A stretch of 64,000 nt of DNA from Desulfobulbaceae bacterium (GCA_018335795.1 JAGXRP010000033.1:5973-69972), one strand, 5' to 3'. Positions 1 through 11,451 are shown, counted from the first letter of the stretch. Numbers and translations are program-made. Notes: generated by a model not told the origin, from the sequence alone.

Positions 1-1
1 A

Positions 2-733
2 GTATCTAAAGTTTTAGTAGCTTACGAATTAATTGATGAAGTGATTGACGAAGCCTTTAAAAATGATTTTAACTGTATCGTAACTTTTCACCCACTGATT
101 TACAAGCCTTTGCAAGCATTAATTGAAGATGAAAGGGTAGGTAAATTGGCATCAAGACTGATAAAGAATGACATTATGCACTTTGTGGTCCATACAAATT
201 TTGATTCACATAAAAACGGTACAAACACCTTGATAGCGGATAATCTAGGTTTAATAAACAGGAAATTCATCGTGCCTGACCCTGATTTTAATGATAAAGG
301 GATGGGTTTGGTAGGTTTATTGCCGAATCCTTTGAGCGTCGAAAAGTTTGTTGAAATGTGTAGTCAAGTGTTCAAATCACCATTGCGATATAATGTGGGT
401 AATGGTTCAGACATACAGAAGGTTGCGGTAATCGGCGGAAGTGGGACATCATTTTTGAATGATGCTGCTAATACTAAAGCTGATGTCATAATCACAAGTG
501 ACATCAGTTATCATACTTTTCATGCATTTGTTGGCAAAATGATGTTAATAGACCCCGGGCATTTCGAAACTGAACAATTTGTATCTGAAGCACTTTTTAA
601 CCAATTAAAAGTAGTCTTTAAAGATTATGATGTCGAATTTGAACTTTCAAAAACATACACAAATCCTGTGAAATATTATCCGAATACTTCACATTACATT
701 GAGAAACAGAGTAACAATTTAAAAAATATATAA
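2..733 (+). CDS. Nif3-like dinuclear metal centre protein (GTP cyclohydrolase I type 2 family), 5' truncated by window edge
   Basis: Motifs TFHPLIY, HTNFD, GGSG, D(I)SYH, DPGHFETE; frame is open upstream of the track start to the window edge (VSKVLVAYEL...). Confidence 0.9.
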   Translation, partial: VSKVLVAYELIDEVIDEAFKNDFNCIVTFHPLIYKPLQALIEDERVGKLASRLIKNDIMHFVVHTNFDSHKNGTNTLIADNLGLINRKFIVPDPDFNDKGMGLVGLLPNPLSVEKFVEMCSQVFKSPLRYNVGNGSDIQKVAVIGGSGTSFLNDAANTKADVIITSDISYHTFHAFVGKMMLIDPGHFETEQFVSEALFNQLKVVFKDYDVEFELSKTYTNPVKYYPNTSHYIEKQSNNLKNI

Positions 734-742
734 TGGTTAGGA

Positions 743-1477
743 TTGATGGAATCTCACATCTATAATATCGCTTTACTTGCCGCAATTGATGAACGGCTTG
801 ACGAATTAATTGAAGATTACGGTGATTTGCCCGAACAAATCAAGAAAAAAGAAGCCAAATTGAATGATAAGAAGCTTCTTTTAAACGAAACAGAGATGAT
901 TGTCGAGGAAATTCGTGATTTTATCAAAAAGGCTAAAAGAACCTTGGTTGAACTAAAAGACAAAGAGGATAAGCTCACTCAACAACAATTCAAAGTCCGG
1001 AACAACAAGGAATTTGATGCAATAACTAACGAAATCAATCATCTTAAAACTGAGCATGAAAAGTTAGCTGATAGGATGCGTACAGAAGGTATCAAAGAAG
1101 AAAATTTGCTGAATATTCTGAACCAACAAACAGCAGAACTTGATGAAGCACAAAAAGAACTTGACGACAAATTTGAGGAAGTTCAACGTTTAGCAGGAGA
1201 CCAAGACAGAGAACTCAGCTCGCTGAGAGAAAAAAGAAGTACAGTTTTGAACACAATACCCAAGAAATTCATCGCAGATTATGAAAGAGTAAGGATAATG
1301 CATCGTGATGCAGCAGTTCTTATCAGAAAAAATAGCTGTTCGGGATGCTTCAATGCAATTCCCGCACAAATAATTGTCGAAGTAAGAAATAATCTGAATA
1401 CTTTGTATTTTTGTGAAAGTTGCGGAAGATTGTTAGTTCCGGAAGATTGTGTTATTGAATTTGAAGAAATTGCTTAA
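743..1477 (+). CDS. Coiled-coil protein with C4 zinc ribbon (DUF164/CT398-like)
   Basis: Long coiled coil, C-terminal CSGC...CESCGRLL; typical neighbour of Nif3. Confidence 0.88.
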   Translation: MMESHIYNIALLAAIDERLDELIEDYGDLPEQIKKKEAKLNDKKLLLNETEMIVEEIRDFIKKAKRTLVELKDKEDKLTQQQFKVRNNKEFDAITNEINHLKTEHEKLADRMRTEGIKEENLLNILNQQTAELDEAQKELDDKFEEVQRLAGDQDRELSSLREKRSTVLNTIPKKFIADYERVRIMHRDAAVLIRKNSCSGCFNAIPAQIIVEVRNNLNTLYFCESCGRLLVPEDCVIEFEEIA

Positions 1478-1482
1478 TGAGT

Positions 1483-1901
1483 TTGATGGGGAAAGCGGGC
1501 AGTCGCGTTGTGTATAATGTACGATGAGGAAAGTCCGAACTCCTGGGAACAGGGCGCTTCGTAACACGAAGGCAGCGATTTTTGATTTATCAGAGAAAGT
1601 TGACGGAAAGTGCCACAGAAAATAACCGCCAATCCGCTCTCGAAAGAGGGGTCATGGAGGTAAGGGTGAAAAGATAGAATTAAGACACTATCGGCATAGC
1701 AGGTGACTGCAATGCCGGGTAAACCCCGCTCGGAGCAAGGTCAAATAGGGGTATCGGGCGAGAGCCGTCGAAGTTCCCTCGGCAGTAAAAACGATATTCG
1801 GGTAGACCGCTTGAAACTAACGGTGACGTTAGTTCCAGATAAATGATTGCCTCCGGTTTTAGAACCGAAGACAGAATTCGGCTTACAGCTTTCTTCATCA
1901 A
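1483..1901 (+). ncRNA. rnpB: RNase P RNA, bacterial type A
   Basis: Conserved GAGGAAAGTCC, AGTGCCACAGAAAA, GGTAAACCCC, ACAGAATTCGGCTTA; termini ttgatggggaaagc/gctttcttcatcaa pair as P1; P18-like hairpin aactaac-ggtgac-gttagtt. Confidence 0.97.
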
Positions 1902-1977
1902 TATTATTTTTTTACGAAATAATTTGTTTGCTTGCAAAATTTGCAGTAAATTTACATTTATTGAATTGGAGGATAAT

Positions 1978-2292
1978 TTGAATATTCCTGAAGACCCTTT
2001 TGTTAGAGAATTGTTACCTGAATTTGTTGATACTTGGATTGACGATTTGAAGAGTCAATACATGAAATTGATAGATGAACGTAAATCCGAAGAGTTGTAC
2101 AGAATGGCACATACTCTGAAGGGTTCTTGCTATCAATTCGGTATGAACGAAGCAGGTGACTTGGGTATTCAGATTATGGGCTACGCCAAAGAGAAGAATT
2201 GGGAAAAAGCCGCTGAAATGGAACAAGTTCTTATTTCACATTTCGAGAAACTTAGAGAGTATTTAATCGTCAATAATTTATACGTACAATAA
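1978..2292 (+). CDS. Stand-alone Hpt (histidine phosphotransfer) protein
   Basis: AHTLKGS motif; likely TTG start at 1978 after GGAGG (the longer track start overlaps rnpB). Confidence 0.85.
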   Translation: MNIPEDPFVRELLPEFVDTWIDDLKSQYMKLIDERKSEELYRMAHTLKGSCYQFGMNEAGDLGIQIMGYAKEKNWEKAAEMEQVLISHFEKLREYLIVNNLYVQ

Positions 2293-2295
2293 TAG

Positions 2296-2799
2296 GTGAA
2301 AACTATGAAAAAGATATCCACCTTCCTGTTTTTTGCTACAATGTTGATTTTAAGTGTATCATCAACTTTAGCTCAAACTCGAATAGCTGTTCTGCCTTTC
2401 CAGAACAATGACGGTAAATATGAGTTTAATGTATGGTGTTATAGCCTACAGGACTCTTTGACTCAAGCACTCAAAAGTGCGGACCCTGATGAATTAATAT
2501 ACAGGGTAGTGCCAATTGATTCGCTTGAGATTGCACTCGCCGAATACAATTTAGACCCATCAAACCCACAGTACTTTACTGATATGTGGAAAGCAATTAC
2601 TAAACTTAATATCAAACAGGTGATTTCAGGTTCATTTGTTATTGAAGGTGGCAGTATTTTGATTAAGGCAGCATTATATGATGTCCGACTCAAATTGCCA
2701 CACCCGAAGTATCAAGCGCCAAATCTGTTCAAAAATATTGACGAAGCCTACGAGGCGATTGAAGAAATTGTTAGTATCGTCCGCCCGGGTATTATGTAG
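2296..2799 (+). CDS. Secreted protein, TolB-N/FlgO/CsgG-like domain
   Basis: Signal peptide followed by RIAVLPFQN and VISGSF patterns. Confidence 0.6.
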   Translation: MKTMKKISTFLFFATMLILSVSSTLAQTRIAVLPFQNNDGKYEFNVWCYSLQDSLTQALKSADPDELIYRVVPIDSLEIALAEYNLDPSNPQYFTDMWKAITKLNIKQVISGSFVIEGGSILIKAALYDVRLKLPHPKYQAPNLFKNIDEAYEAIEEIVSIVRPGIM

Positions 2800-2834
2800 C
2801 CAATATTTACTATTTTTTTGAAAGCGAAGATAAA

Positions 2835-3854
2835 CTATTTGAAAAGATTATCTTCGCTTTTTTTATTGATATCAAGGTGTTCGTAGGCTCTTTTGGTTGC
2901 AATTCTGCCTCTGGCAGTTCTTTGCAAAAATCCCTGCTGAATCAAAAACGGCTCGTACACTTCTTCGATAGCCCCGGCATCTTCGCCTACAGCAGCAGAA
3001 ATCGAATTTAAACCGACCGGTCCGCCATCAAATTTGTTGATGATAGTAATCAATATTCTTTTGTCCATATCATCAAGTCCAAAATCATCAACATCTAATC
3101 TTGTGAGAGAAGTTTGTGCAATATTTATATCAATAGTGCCATCTGATAAAATCTGTGCAAAGTCCCGAGTTCTTTTGAGCAATCTATTGGCGATTCTCGG
3201 AGTGCCGCGCGAACGTCGAGCCAATTCAAATGCAGCTTCTTCAGTGATGGGTACATCCAAAATCTGTGCACTTCTTAACACAACGACTGTCAATTCCTTC
3301 GGTTCGTAGTAATCCAATCTGTTAACAATGCCAAATCGTGACAATAAGGGTGAAGTTATCAAACCTGCACGGGTAGTCGCACCGATAAGTGTAAATGGAG
3401 GCACAGTTATTTGAATAGTACGCGCCGATGGTCCTGAATCTATCATAATATCAATCTTGTAATCTTCCATTGCCGAATATAAATATTCTTCCACAACATT
3501 ACTTAAGCGATGTATTTCGTCAATGAACAATACATCACCTTCACTAAGGTTTGTGAGCAAACCGGCTAAGTCACCGGCTTTTTCCAAAACCGGACCCGAA
3601 GTGATTTTGAGTTCAGCATTCATTTCTCGAGAAATAATATGACTCAATGTCGTCTTGCCCAATCCTGGAGGTCCAGTGAGCAAAACGTGGTCTAATGGCT
3701 CTGAACGTTTCAATGCTGCAGCAATGAAAACCTTAAGATTTTCGACAATTTTTTTTTGACCTGTAAAATCATCAAAAGAAATAGGTCTTAATTTATTATC
3801 TGAATCGTCATTATGTTTGATTGGGTTTGTGATTTCTGATTTTCTGGTTTCCAT
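2835..3854 (-). CDS. ruvB: Holliday junction branch migration helicase RuvB
   Basis: [45 protein letters not shown]; start set at METRK. Confidence 0.97.
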   Translation of the reverse strand: METRKSEITNPIKHNDDSDNKLRPISFDDFTGQKKIVENLKVFIAAALKRSEPLDHVLLTGPPGLGKTTLSHIISREMNAELKITSGPVLEKAGDLAGLLTNLSEGDVLFIDEIHRLSNVVEEYLYSAMEDYKIDIMIDSGPSARTIQITVPPFTLIGATTRAGLITSPLLSRFGIVNRLDYYEPKELTVVVLRSAQILDVPITEEAAFELARRSRGTPRIANRLLKRTRDFAQILSDGTIDINIAQTSLTRLDVDDFGLDDMDKRILITIINKFDGGPVGLNSISAAVGEDAGAIEEVYEPFLIQQGFLQRTARGRIATKRAYEHLDINKKSEDNLFK

Positions 3855-4222
3855 ATTACCAAAGTGTTGAGAAAATTGCACATATGTTGATTATTTTTAA
3901 CATCTTGAACTTGTTTTTTTTGCTTTTTTAGAAAAAAAGTTATCGCTTTATAAATATTCCTTCTCATTCTAAAATAATGTTATTATATTAGATATAGAAA
4001 AAAATATTTGAAAATATACTTTTAAGTTAGTTTGTTTCTACTTTTTTATTAATTTTGTATGATAGAAAAAGTATAATTTGTAGAAGAAATTATTGAAAAG
4101 TGCTTTTTTGTGAGATGTGTTGATAATTCATTCCGAAGGAATGGATAGATTGGCATGTTTTTTTACTTGGATTATTAGATTGAATAGAATAATTTATTAT
4201 TAATTGTATTTGGAGGTTTGTA

Positions 4223-7200
4223 GTGAGAACAAACAATATACTCAAGAGTTTCTTACTGATAGGAATTTTTTGCTTATCGGTAGCATCAATGAGTGCACAG
4301 TTGATCCTTAATTCTACTATCCGTGAGGAAGCTGAAATCTGGACACCGCTTGTTGAACCTGTATTAATAGGTAATGGAGATTTTCCGTGGAGACAGATAC
4401 CCATGCCATTCACATTTCAATATGACGGTACAAATGTATCCAATTTATGGGTGTATGGTGACGGCTACCTAAGAATTAACGCCGCTCAGGCTACTTTGCC
4501 TAACTTTCCTCAAACAACAAATATTATATCATGGTATAAGAGAGATTTGTTTACGGAAGGTATGTTGTCTTATAAAGTTACAGGTGCTACCCCGTTCAGA
4601 GTTCTGACTATTGAACACCGAGGTTTCCGCATAGTGACAGACTTTTCGGGTGCCATCATGGATGCACAAATAAAATTTTACGAAACTACAAATGAAGTAA
4701 AAATCATTTATAATAGAGTTTCAGGTTTTGGCGGAACAGGTCAAGACGGGTTCTTATATTTTGAAGGCGCTGGTACAACCCGCTATATCAATATAAAACC
4801 CAATGCTCCCAATCTGCCTTCTACATTTTACTATGGTAACTCTAATCAAAATGTAAATGCGTGGTTGACTAAAGATGCTATTAAGTATTTCTATAGTGGT
4901 CGCTCATTTACTTTGACTTCTTTACCTCGAATTTCAGGTATTTATCCCGACCAAAATGCAGTTCTTGCAAATGGTAAAGTTTATTCTGGCGAACAACATC
5001 CATTTGTTCGCGTGAGCCGTTCAGCTGAACAAAAGGCAATCACTATCAGATATTCCATTACAGGTCCTTTGGGTACAGCTGAAGAAAAGGTTATTTATAC
5101 GGCTGTAAATGAAAATGATGCTTCAAGTAGCGAGAGCATTGTACCAAACCCTCAACCTGTTGGTACAGGCATCAGATACTTCATGCCTCATGCTAAAGGT
5201 ATCGCAGGAAGACTTTCTGATGGTGCATTAGATATGACGGCAATTAGCGAATTACCGAGTGGTGAATATAGAGTAACTGCGATTTTGGAATATCTTGACG
5301 GTACTCCTTACAATCATACAGTTTCTTCAGTATTTACAGTAGCTTTCCCGAGTGATTTAGCAATACTTGATGTTCTTGAACCAATTAATACACCCGGTTC
5401 CATTTACCAATTATTTGGTAGTGGTGTTCCGATTAGAATTAAAGTCAAGAATCAAGGTGCAGATAATATCAATAAATTTACTGCAATAGCTTATATTTAT
5501 GATGTAAACGGTAACTTAGTCGGACAACCAATAGTAAAACCATTCGAACTTGGAAATAATCCTATTAAATATCTTGAAGTACGTGAATTAGCAATGGATG
5601 CTTTTTTCCCGCAATCAGTTGGAAAATATTCTATCCGTGTACGTGTTAACTTTGATAATCTAGATTTAGACAAATTCATGTCTAACAATGTTTACCCGAG
5701 AGATGGCGACCCATCGAAACCTTTCGAAGTCGGTTATGCTATTGAGGCAGATGCTATGCAATTATTATCTCCATTTGGTCAAACTTATGTAATGAGACCT
5801 ATAAGATTATCTGCAAGATTGAAGAATAATGGTGTATCAGATGTTTCAGATACATGGGCTTCTATTATGATTAAAAACCCAAGCGGCGAAGTAGTTTTCA
5901 TAGATACAGTGCCTGTAGGTAATATACCAAGCGGTTTTGTAAATACGCTTGATATATTTTGGCCAACTTCATTTATTCCTCAAGTAATTGGTACTTATAC
6001 CGGAGAATTTTATATTCATGCCCCAGGAGACGAGGTACCCAGTAATAACTTAAGACAAATATCTTTCAATGTTACAGCAGGTTTAAGAGGAACATACACA
6101 ATTTCTCAAGCCGCAGGGAGTAATTTCAAAACTATTTCAGATGCGGTAAATGCAATGTACCAGCAAGGTGTAAGCGGACCTGTGACATTCTGGTTGAACG
6201 ATGAAAATTATTATGAAGGTAATCTGCTAATGGATGATCCGGCATTGGATTTATCATCTACAATCATAGGATTGAGTGCCGAAAATCCTGTTACTTTCAC
6301 AGTCAATCCTCTAGAATCTTCAAGAGGTGCTGTAACAATAAACTTGTCTTCAGCAAGCGGTATTGGTGTTTTCATAGCACAAAATATTATTCCGTCTAAT
6401 GTAAATGCACCGATTGTTGGTGTAACACAATCATTGGTAAATAAATATGCAAACCCATCCGGTTACATCACTTTTGACGGTGGTGTGAAGAAATCACTCA
6501 GATTTACTTTAAATACACCAAGCCAATTTAGAGCGGTGTTTTATCTTGGGCAAGGAGCACACAATATTACAATCAAGAACTGCTTGATTGAAGACGGTAT
6601 TAATCAAACACCATCTTATTTGTGCCGCATTCCTCTCACAACATATAATTCATTCTTATCAAAATTCACCTACGAAGCTGACAGAAGCACCTTAGGTACT
6701 TATTCTGCCGGTATTGTTGTACGTAATGTGCCACCAATGGATAAAAACCTAGGAACCAATCCATTTAATTTGGATACAGTTTCAATCAAAAATATTAAGA
6801 TACATAATAACGAAATAACTCGTTTCGGGTATGGTATTGTTTCTCTTGGTATCGGTCCATTACAAATAGCAGGCAGATTCATTTATAGTCCATATTACAA
6901 CCTGAATAACTCTTATACTAACAACACAATTTCAAGTGTTTCGAGAGCAGGTATATTCCTTGGATTTGAAAAGAATACTGAAATATTTGGCAATAGAATC
7001 TATAACATTAATGGTGCTTGTGCCGTAAATGCTGCAGGTATCATTGCCGGTGGTGATGGAACACCTACTTTGTTCCCATACCATAATATTGGATTAGAAA
7101 TTTCCGGAAACGAAATTTCCAATATTAAAGCTACGGGTACTGCATATGGAATCAAAGTTGAACAATCAAGATTAGACTTCTTTGACTTAGATGATGATTT

Positions 7201-9826
7201 TTCATTCCCTAATGAAGATGAAAATATATTGATTGTCAATAACATGGTTTGGGGATTTGAACCAATAAGTCCGGCTACTAATGTTATTGGATTAGGTTTG
7301 TTTACTCAACGTACTACAAATGTAGTTGATTGGACAGGTTTAAATCTAACACCAAAATTCGCGAATTATTATTCACGTAATGACTTGATTACCAACAATA
7401 CTATCTTCATGAATGATGACGGATTTACAAATACAGGTGCTTTAGCGGCAATTGCTGTTATGAATACCAAAGGTATGGTTTTGATGAATAACGCAATTGG
7501 TATTGACGACAGTCAGGTATCTTCTGAAAGTCCATTTACTACAGCTTTATTCTATTATGGTCTACATCCTAAGAAAGGTGGCATGACTTCGGATAGAAAT
7601 GCATATTGGATTGATTCTCCAAAAGGTTCAATTATCAGATTTATCGAAACAGACGAAACCAATAGAATACTCGAATTCGGTCACAAAACTGAGTTTACGT
7701 CCCTCTCGCAATGGCAACAATGGACAGGCGAAGATTTCTATTCGGTTGTTGGCAACTTTACTTTAGATTATAAACGTTTTGGATTGGCTCCTTATATGAT
7801 GCGAATCCAAGACAATCCTATTCCCAGAGGGTCAATTTTAAATAATCGCGGTACAAACCTCGAAGTTAATGCCAGAGATATTGACGGTAAATTCCGTGGC
7901 ATGGCAGGCGAAAGATATGACATTGGTGCTGTTGAATTTGATGGTAGAATATTTGGTAAAGATTTGGAAGTAACATCAATAGTTGCTCCCGGTAGATATA
8001 AAGCTACACCACCATTGCCTTTCAGTGAGTCAGAATATATTATGACAACATCTCCTGTTGGTGTGCAAGCTATTGTAAGAAGTAATGGTTTGTTACCGGT
8101 TGGTGCCTCAAGTGTTGTTTTGAAAATCTTTAGAGAATCTCCTTCAGGTTCTTATATTCAAGAAGGTGCCGATATTGTCGCGCCAATCGATAAATTATTA
8201 TTTTCTGAGGACTTATTGATAGATTTCAGAACTAATGATGGTATTAATACAGCAGATAATCCGGAATTTTTCCCATCTACTTATGGTCAATTGAGAGGCT
8301 CGGGCTATGTAATCCCTGACCAATTCAAAGCTATGGAAGCAAATGTTACTCCTTTATATAAAATTATGGTAACATTCCCATCAGATGAATTTAATGCTAA
8401 TAACGGTATTGAGAAATTAGTTAGATTCTATATCAAAAAATCACCAATAGAATTGATGGTATCTGCAGAAAATATTCAAAATATTGATTCGGAATCTCCA
8501 ATTGACAGAATTGCCGGGAACCTCAATCTTGACAGTATAATGACTGCATTCTTCAGACTTGGCTGGTATATCAATCTTGAACTGGAAGACCCAAGAATTG
8601 ATGTTGACGTTTTCGATCGTCGTGCTTGGGAACCACGCTCAATTGATTATACAATCTATCGTACATTAGTATGGGTAGATGCACATGACCAAATTGATGG
8701 TGCAACTTACAGATTAACTCGTTATGACAGAGACAATATCGAAAATTACCTCAATTCAGGTACATTCAACAGTAAGAAAAATCTTCTTATCGGCAGCCAA
8801 GAATTAGTCAGAAATGAAAGTATTGATATGGCTACTTGGGTTAGAACTAATTTTAATGCGAAAGTCGGAGTTCCGAATAATCCATTAGGAAGTGGTGCAA
8901 GTTATGATGGCAAATTTGTTAACGGGGTTATTTTAGGCAGAGACCTTAAATTTAAAGTTATTTCAACTCAATTTTTTGGTGATGATGCCCCTCGTGCAGG
9001 TTTGTTTACGATAGACAATGCAGGTGTTGGTATTTCAAGAATAGGGATGAAGTATGCTTCTCATATAAATGATGTTCCAGCTAATAACTTCTATGTTGCT
9101 GATGGTCAAAGAGTAGCTGTTATTGCCACTACAGCTGTTAAGTATAATACTATTTTGGCAGGCTTGGATTGGCGTCATTGGGCAGATTTATCAAGCGTAT
9201 TGCGCGGTATGTTTGATTTCATTGAAATGCAAGGCGGTAACATCATACCTGTTGAACTTTACGATTTCGTTGCTGTTCCATCAGGCAAGAGAGTTGATAT
9301 TTCTTGGAAAACTGCAAGTGAAATTGAATCAGATAAATTTGAAATTGAAAAATCAGAATTCTCTGAAGCAGGTCGTTCATTCAACATAATTGAATCTGTT
9401 AAAGCTATTGGTCAATCATCAGTTTCATCACAATATGGACCCTTCATTGACAATAATGTACAATATGGTAAAACATATGTTTACAGATTGAAAATGATTG
9501 ACAGAGATGGTAAATTCACTTATAGTGATGAAAAATTCGTTGAAATTCAAGGGACTTATGGCGCAGTTGAATTGAATTCGATTCAACCAAATCCTGTCTC
9601 TACAAGTGCTGACGTTTCTTATAATGTCTCTGAAAGCATGAACATCAGTCTTGTTGTTTACGATGCACTTGGAAACGAAGTTCAAACATTATTTAACGGA
9701 TTTCAAAATGCCGGTGAACACAAAGTAAACGTAAACGTCGCCAATATGGCTAATGGCTCTTACAATATTGTATTGAAAGGCGGAAACGATATTTACTTAA
9801 CAACAAAACTTACTGTAGTTAAATAA
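4223..9826 (+). CDS. Large (1867 aa) secreted multidomain protein with Ig/CARDB-like and beta-helix regions and a T9SS C-terminal sorting domain
   Basis: Signal peptide; PVELYDF...SWKTASE fn3-like module; QPNP...VYDALG...GSYNIVL...KLTVVK CTD. Confidence 0.8.
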   Translation: MRTNNILKSFLLIGIFCLSVASMSAQLILNSTIREEAEIWTPLVEPVLIGNGDFPWRQIPMPFTFQYDGTNVSNLWVYGDGYLRINAAQATLPNFPQTTNIISWYKRDLFTEGMLSYKVTGATPFRVLTIEHRGFRIVTDFSGAIMDAQIKFYETTNEVKIIYNRVSGFGGTGQDGFLYFEGAGTTRYINIKPNAPNLPSTFYYGNSNQNVNAWLTKDAIKYFYSGRSFTLTSLPRISGIYPDQNAVLANGKVYSGEQHPFVRVSRSAEQKAITIRYSITGPLGTAEEKVIYTAVNENDASSSESIVPNPQPVGTGIRYFMPHAKGIAGRLSDGALDMTAISELPSGEYRVTAILEYLDGTPYNHTVSSVFTVAFPSDLAILDVLEPINTPGSIYQLFGSGVPIRIKVKNQGADNINKFTAIAYIYDVNGNLVGQPIVKPFELGNNPIKYLEVRELAMDAFFPQSVGKYSIRVRVNFDNLDLDKFMSNNVYPRDGDPSKPFEVGYAIEADAMQLLSPFGQTYVMRPIRLSARLKNNGVSDVSDTWASIMIKNPSGEVVFIDTVPVGNIPSGFVNTLDIFWPTSFIPQVIGTYTGEFYIHAPGDEVPSNNLRQISFNVTAGLRGTYTISQAAGSNFKTISDAVNAMYQQGVSGPVTFWLNDENYYEGNLLMDDPALDLSSTIIGLSAENPVTFTVNPLESSRGAVTINLSSASGIGVFIAQNIIPSNVNAPIVGVTQSLVNKYANPSGYITFDGGVKKSLRFTLNTPSQFRAVFYLGQGAHNITIKNCLIEDGINQTPSYLCRIPLTTYNSFLSKFTYEADRSTLGTYSAGIVVRNVPPMDKNLGTNPFNLDTVSIKNIKIHNNEITRFGYGIVSLGIGPLQIAGRFIYSPYYNLNNSYTNNTISSVSRAGIFLGFEKNTEIFGNRIYNINGACAVNAAGIIAGGDGTPTLFPYHNIGLEISGNEISNIKATGTAYGIKVEQSRLDFFDLDDDFSFPNEDENILIVNNMVWGFEPISPATNVIGLGLFTQRTTNVVDWTGLNLTPKFANYYSRNDLITNNTIFMNDDGFTNTGALAAIAVMNTKGMVLMNNAIGIDDSQVSSESPFTTALFYYGLHPKKGGMTSDRNAYWIDSPKGSIIRFIETDETNRILEFGHKTEFTSLSQWQQWTGEDFYSVVGNFTLDYKRFGLAPYMMRIQDNPIPRGSILNNRGTNLEVNARDIDGKFRGMAGERYDIGAVEFDGRIFGKDLEVTSIVAPGRYKATPPLPFSESEYIMTTSPVGVQAIVRSNGLLPVGASSVVLKIFRESPSGSYIQEGADIVAPIDKLLFSEDLLIDFRTNDGINTADNPEFFPSTYGQLRGSGYVIPDQFKAMEANVTPLYKIMVTFPSDEFNANNGIEKLVRFYIKKSPIELMVSAENIQNIDSESPIDRIAGNLNLDSIMTAFFRLGWYINLELEDPRIDVDVFDRRAWEPRSIDYTIYRTLVWVDAHDQIDGATYRLTRYDRDNIENYLNSGTFNSKKNLLIGSQELVRNESIDMATWVRTNFNAKVGVPNNPLGSGASYDGKFVNGVILGRDLKFKVISTQFFGDDAPRAGLFTIDNAGVGISRIGMKYASHINDVPANNFYVADGQRVAVIATTAVKYNTILAGLDWRHWADLSSVLRGMFDFIEMQGGNIIPVELYDFVAVPSGKRVDISWKTASEIESDKFEIEKSEFSEAGRSFNIIESVKAIGQSSVSSQYGPFIDNNVQYGKTYVYRLKMIDRDGKFTYSDEKFVEIQGTYGAVELNSIQPNPVSTSADVSYNVSESMNISLVVYDALGNEVQTLFNGFQNAGEHKVNVNVANMANGSYNIVLKGGNDIYLTTKLTVVK

Positions 9827-9850
9827 ACACAGTCTCTAAGTATTAATTTT

Positions 9851-9880
9851 AAGAGGATTGCAGTGCAATCCTCTTTTTTT
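9851..9880 (+). terminator. Intrinsic terminator
   Basis: aagaggattgc-agt-gcaatcctctt hairpin followed by T run. Confidence 0.85.
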
Positions 9881-9947
9881 TGTTTATAATGACTTAAGGA
9901 GATTTGAAATTGTAACAAATATGGGGAATAAATTTAATCGAGCGAAT

Positions 9948-9974
9948 AAAAAAAAGCCAACTAAACGTTGGTTT
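9948..9974 (-). terminator. Probable intrinsic terminator of der
   Basis: aaagccaac-taaac-gttggttt hairpin with A run on its left. Confidence 0.6.
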
Positions 9975-10005
9975 ACTCGGCTTTTGAAAAAAGATTGGTT
10001 AAATA

Positions 10006-11325
10006 CTACTCTTCTCTGGGCTTATTTTTTCTTCTGAATAAGAATGATATTGGTGTCCCGCGAAAATCGAAATGCTCCCGTATCTTACGCTCAATGAATC
10101 TTTTATATGAGTCGGGTATATGTTGAGGATAGTTGCAAAAGAATGCAAACAAAGGTGGTGCAACGCCAACTTGAGTTATATAATTGATTCTTAAGTCATG
10201 CCCACGGAAGGCAGGAGGTGGAGTTTTTTCCAATTCAGCTAACACAACCTCGTTAAGCTCGGAAGTTTTGATTCTTGTATTTCGTCTTTCGAAAATTTCT
10301 TTCGATGTTTCAATTATTTTTACAATCCTTTGTTTGGTCAAAGCAGATATAAACATTACGGGAATGTAATCGAAAGTACGCACTTGTTCATAAATATCAG
10401 TCGTCAATTTGTCGGCAGTTTTGTGGTCTTTTTCAACCAAATCCCATTTGTTAAAAGCTATAATCATACCCTTTCGTTCTTCATTTACAAGGTTGATGAT
10501 TTTTTTGTCTTGGTCTTCTAATCCTCTTGTAGCATCAATGAGTACAACAGCTATATCGCAACGTTGAATTGCACGCGAAGTACGCATATTGCTATACATT
10601 TCAATGTTCTCTTTAACTTGACTGCGTTTTCGCAAACCTGCAGTATCAATTAAGACAATATCTTCACCATGAAATTTCATTACGGTATCAAATGAATCAC
10701 GAGTCGTACCCGGAACATCGGTTACGATAGCTCGATTATAACCAAGCAATGAATTAGTTAAACTGGATTTGCCTGAATTTGGTCTCCCGACAATAGCAAT
10801 TTTAAGCCGAGCATCTTCCTCGTCCGGGTCAAAATCTTTTAAATGGTCAGCAACTACATCCAAGAAATCGCCTGTGTTATGCCCGCTCAAGGCTGAAATA
10901 GGGAAGGGGTCTCCTAAACCTAATCGGAAAAATTCATAAGATAAATCATCTTGATTTGAACTATCGCATTTGTTAACTACAAGTACAACATTTTTGTCTG
11001 AACTTCGCAAAATATTTGCAATGTCCAAATCGAAAGCTGTGACACCGTCTCGAGCGTCAGTCACAAAAACAATAACATCAGCTTCATCAATTGCAATCAT
11101 CGCTTGTTCGCGGACAGCAGTTTCCATGTCATCTTCACTACCGGGAATGAAACCACCGGTATCTATAACGAGGAATTTTTTTCCGTTCCAATCGGAGTTG
11201 CCATAGATTCTATCTCGAGTCACTCCCGGAGTGTTCTCGACTATCGCATTAGTCGTACCTGTTAATCTGTTAAACAGGGTTGACTTCCCTACATTCGGTC
11301 TCCCGACAATTGCTACTAAGTTCAT
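10006..11325 (-). CDS. der: Ribosome biogenesis GTPase Der
   Basis: Two tandem GTPase domains (GRPNVGKS/DTGG/NKCD; GRPNSGKS/DTAG/NKWD) and KH-like C-terminus. Confidence 0.97.
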   Translation of the reverse strand: MNLVAIVGRPNVGKSTLFNRLTGTTNAIVENTPGVTRDRIYGNSDWNGKKFLVIDTGGFIPGSEDDMETAVREQAMIAIDEADVIVFVTDARDGVTAFDLDIANILRSSDKNVVLVVNKCDSSNQDDLSYEFFRLGLGDPFPISALSGHNTGDFLDVVADHLKDFDPDEEDARLKIAIVGRPNSGKSSLTNSLLGYNRAIVTDVPGTTRDSFDTVMKFHGEDIVLIDTAGLRKRSQVKENIEMYSNMRTSRAIQRCDIAVVLIDATRGLEDQDKKIINLVNEERKGMIIAFNKWDLVEKDHKTADKLTTDIYEQVRTFDYIPVMFISALTKQRIVKIIETSKEIFERRNTRIKTSELNEVVLAELEKTPPPAFRGHDLRINYITQVGVAPPLFAFFCNYPQHIPDSYKRFIERKIREHFDFRGTPISFLFRRKNKPREE

Positions 11326-11363
11326 ATTTGGATATTATTAAAAATTTGTTAATAATGATACTT

Positions 11364-11371
11364 CAAAGATA
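11364..11371 (-). promoter_or_regulatory. Bacteroidota-type -7 promoter element upstream of der
   Basis: TATCTTTG on - strand matches TAnnTTTG, ~40 nt upstream of the start. Confidence 0.5.
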
Positions 11372-11451
11372 AATATTTTTTACAAGATAGTCTTCATTTA
11401 GCACTTTTTATTATTTTTAAAGTTGGCTTTTTTACATTAATTGAGTATAAA

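Noticed and set aside
2-1901. Nif3 / zinc-ribbon / rnpB cluster as a novel system
   Set aside because: Widely conserved, known gene order.
1680-1977. ORF 1680..1937(-) and the N-terminal extension of the Hpt ORF
   Set aside because: Both overlap rnpB; shadow translations.
4151-4166. Sigma54-like TGGCATG upstream of the giant T9SS gene
   Set aside because: The -12 element is off by one base and reads TTAC.
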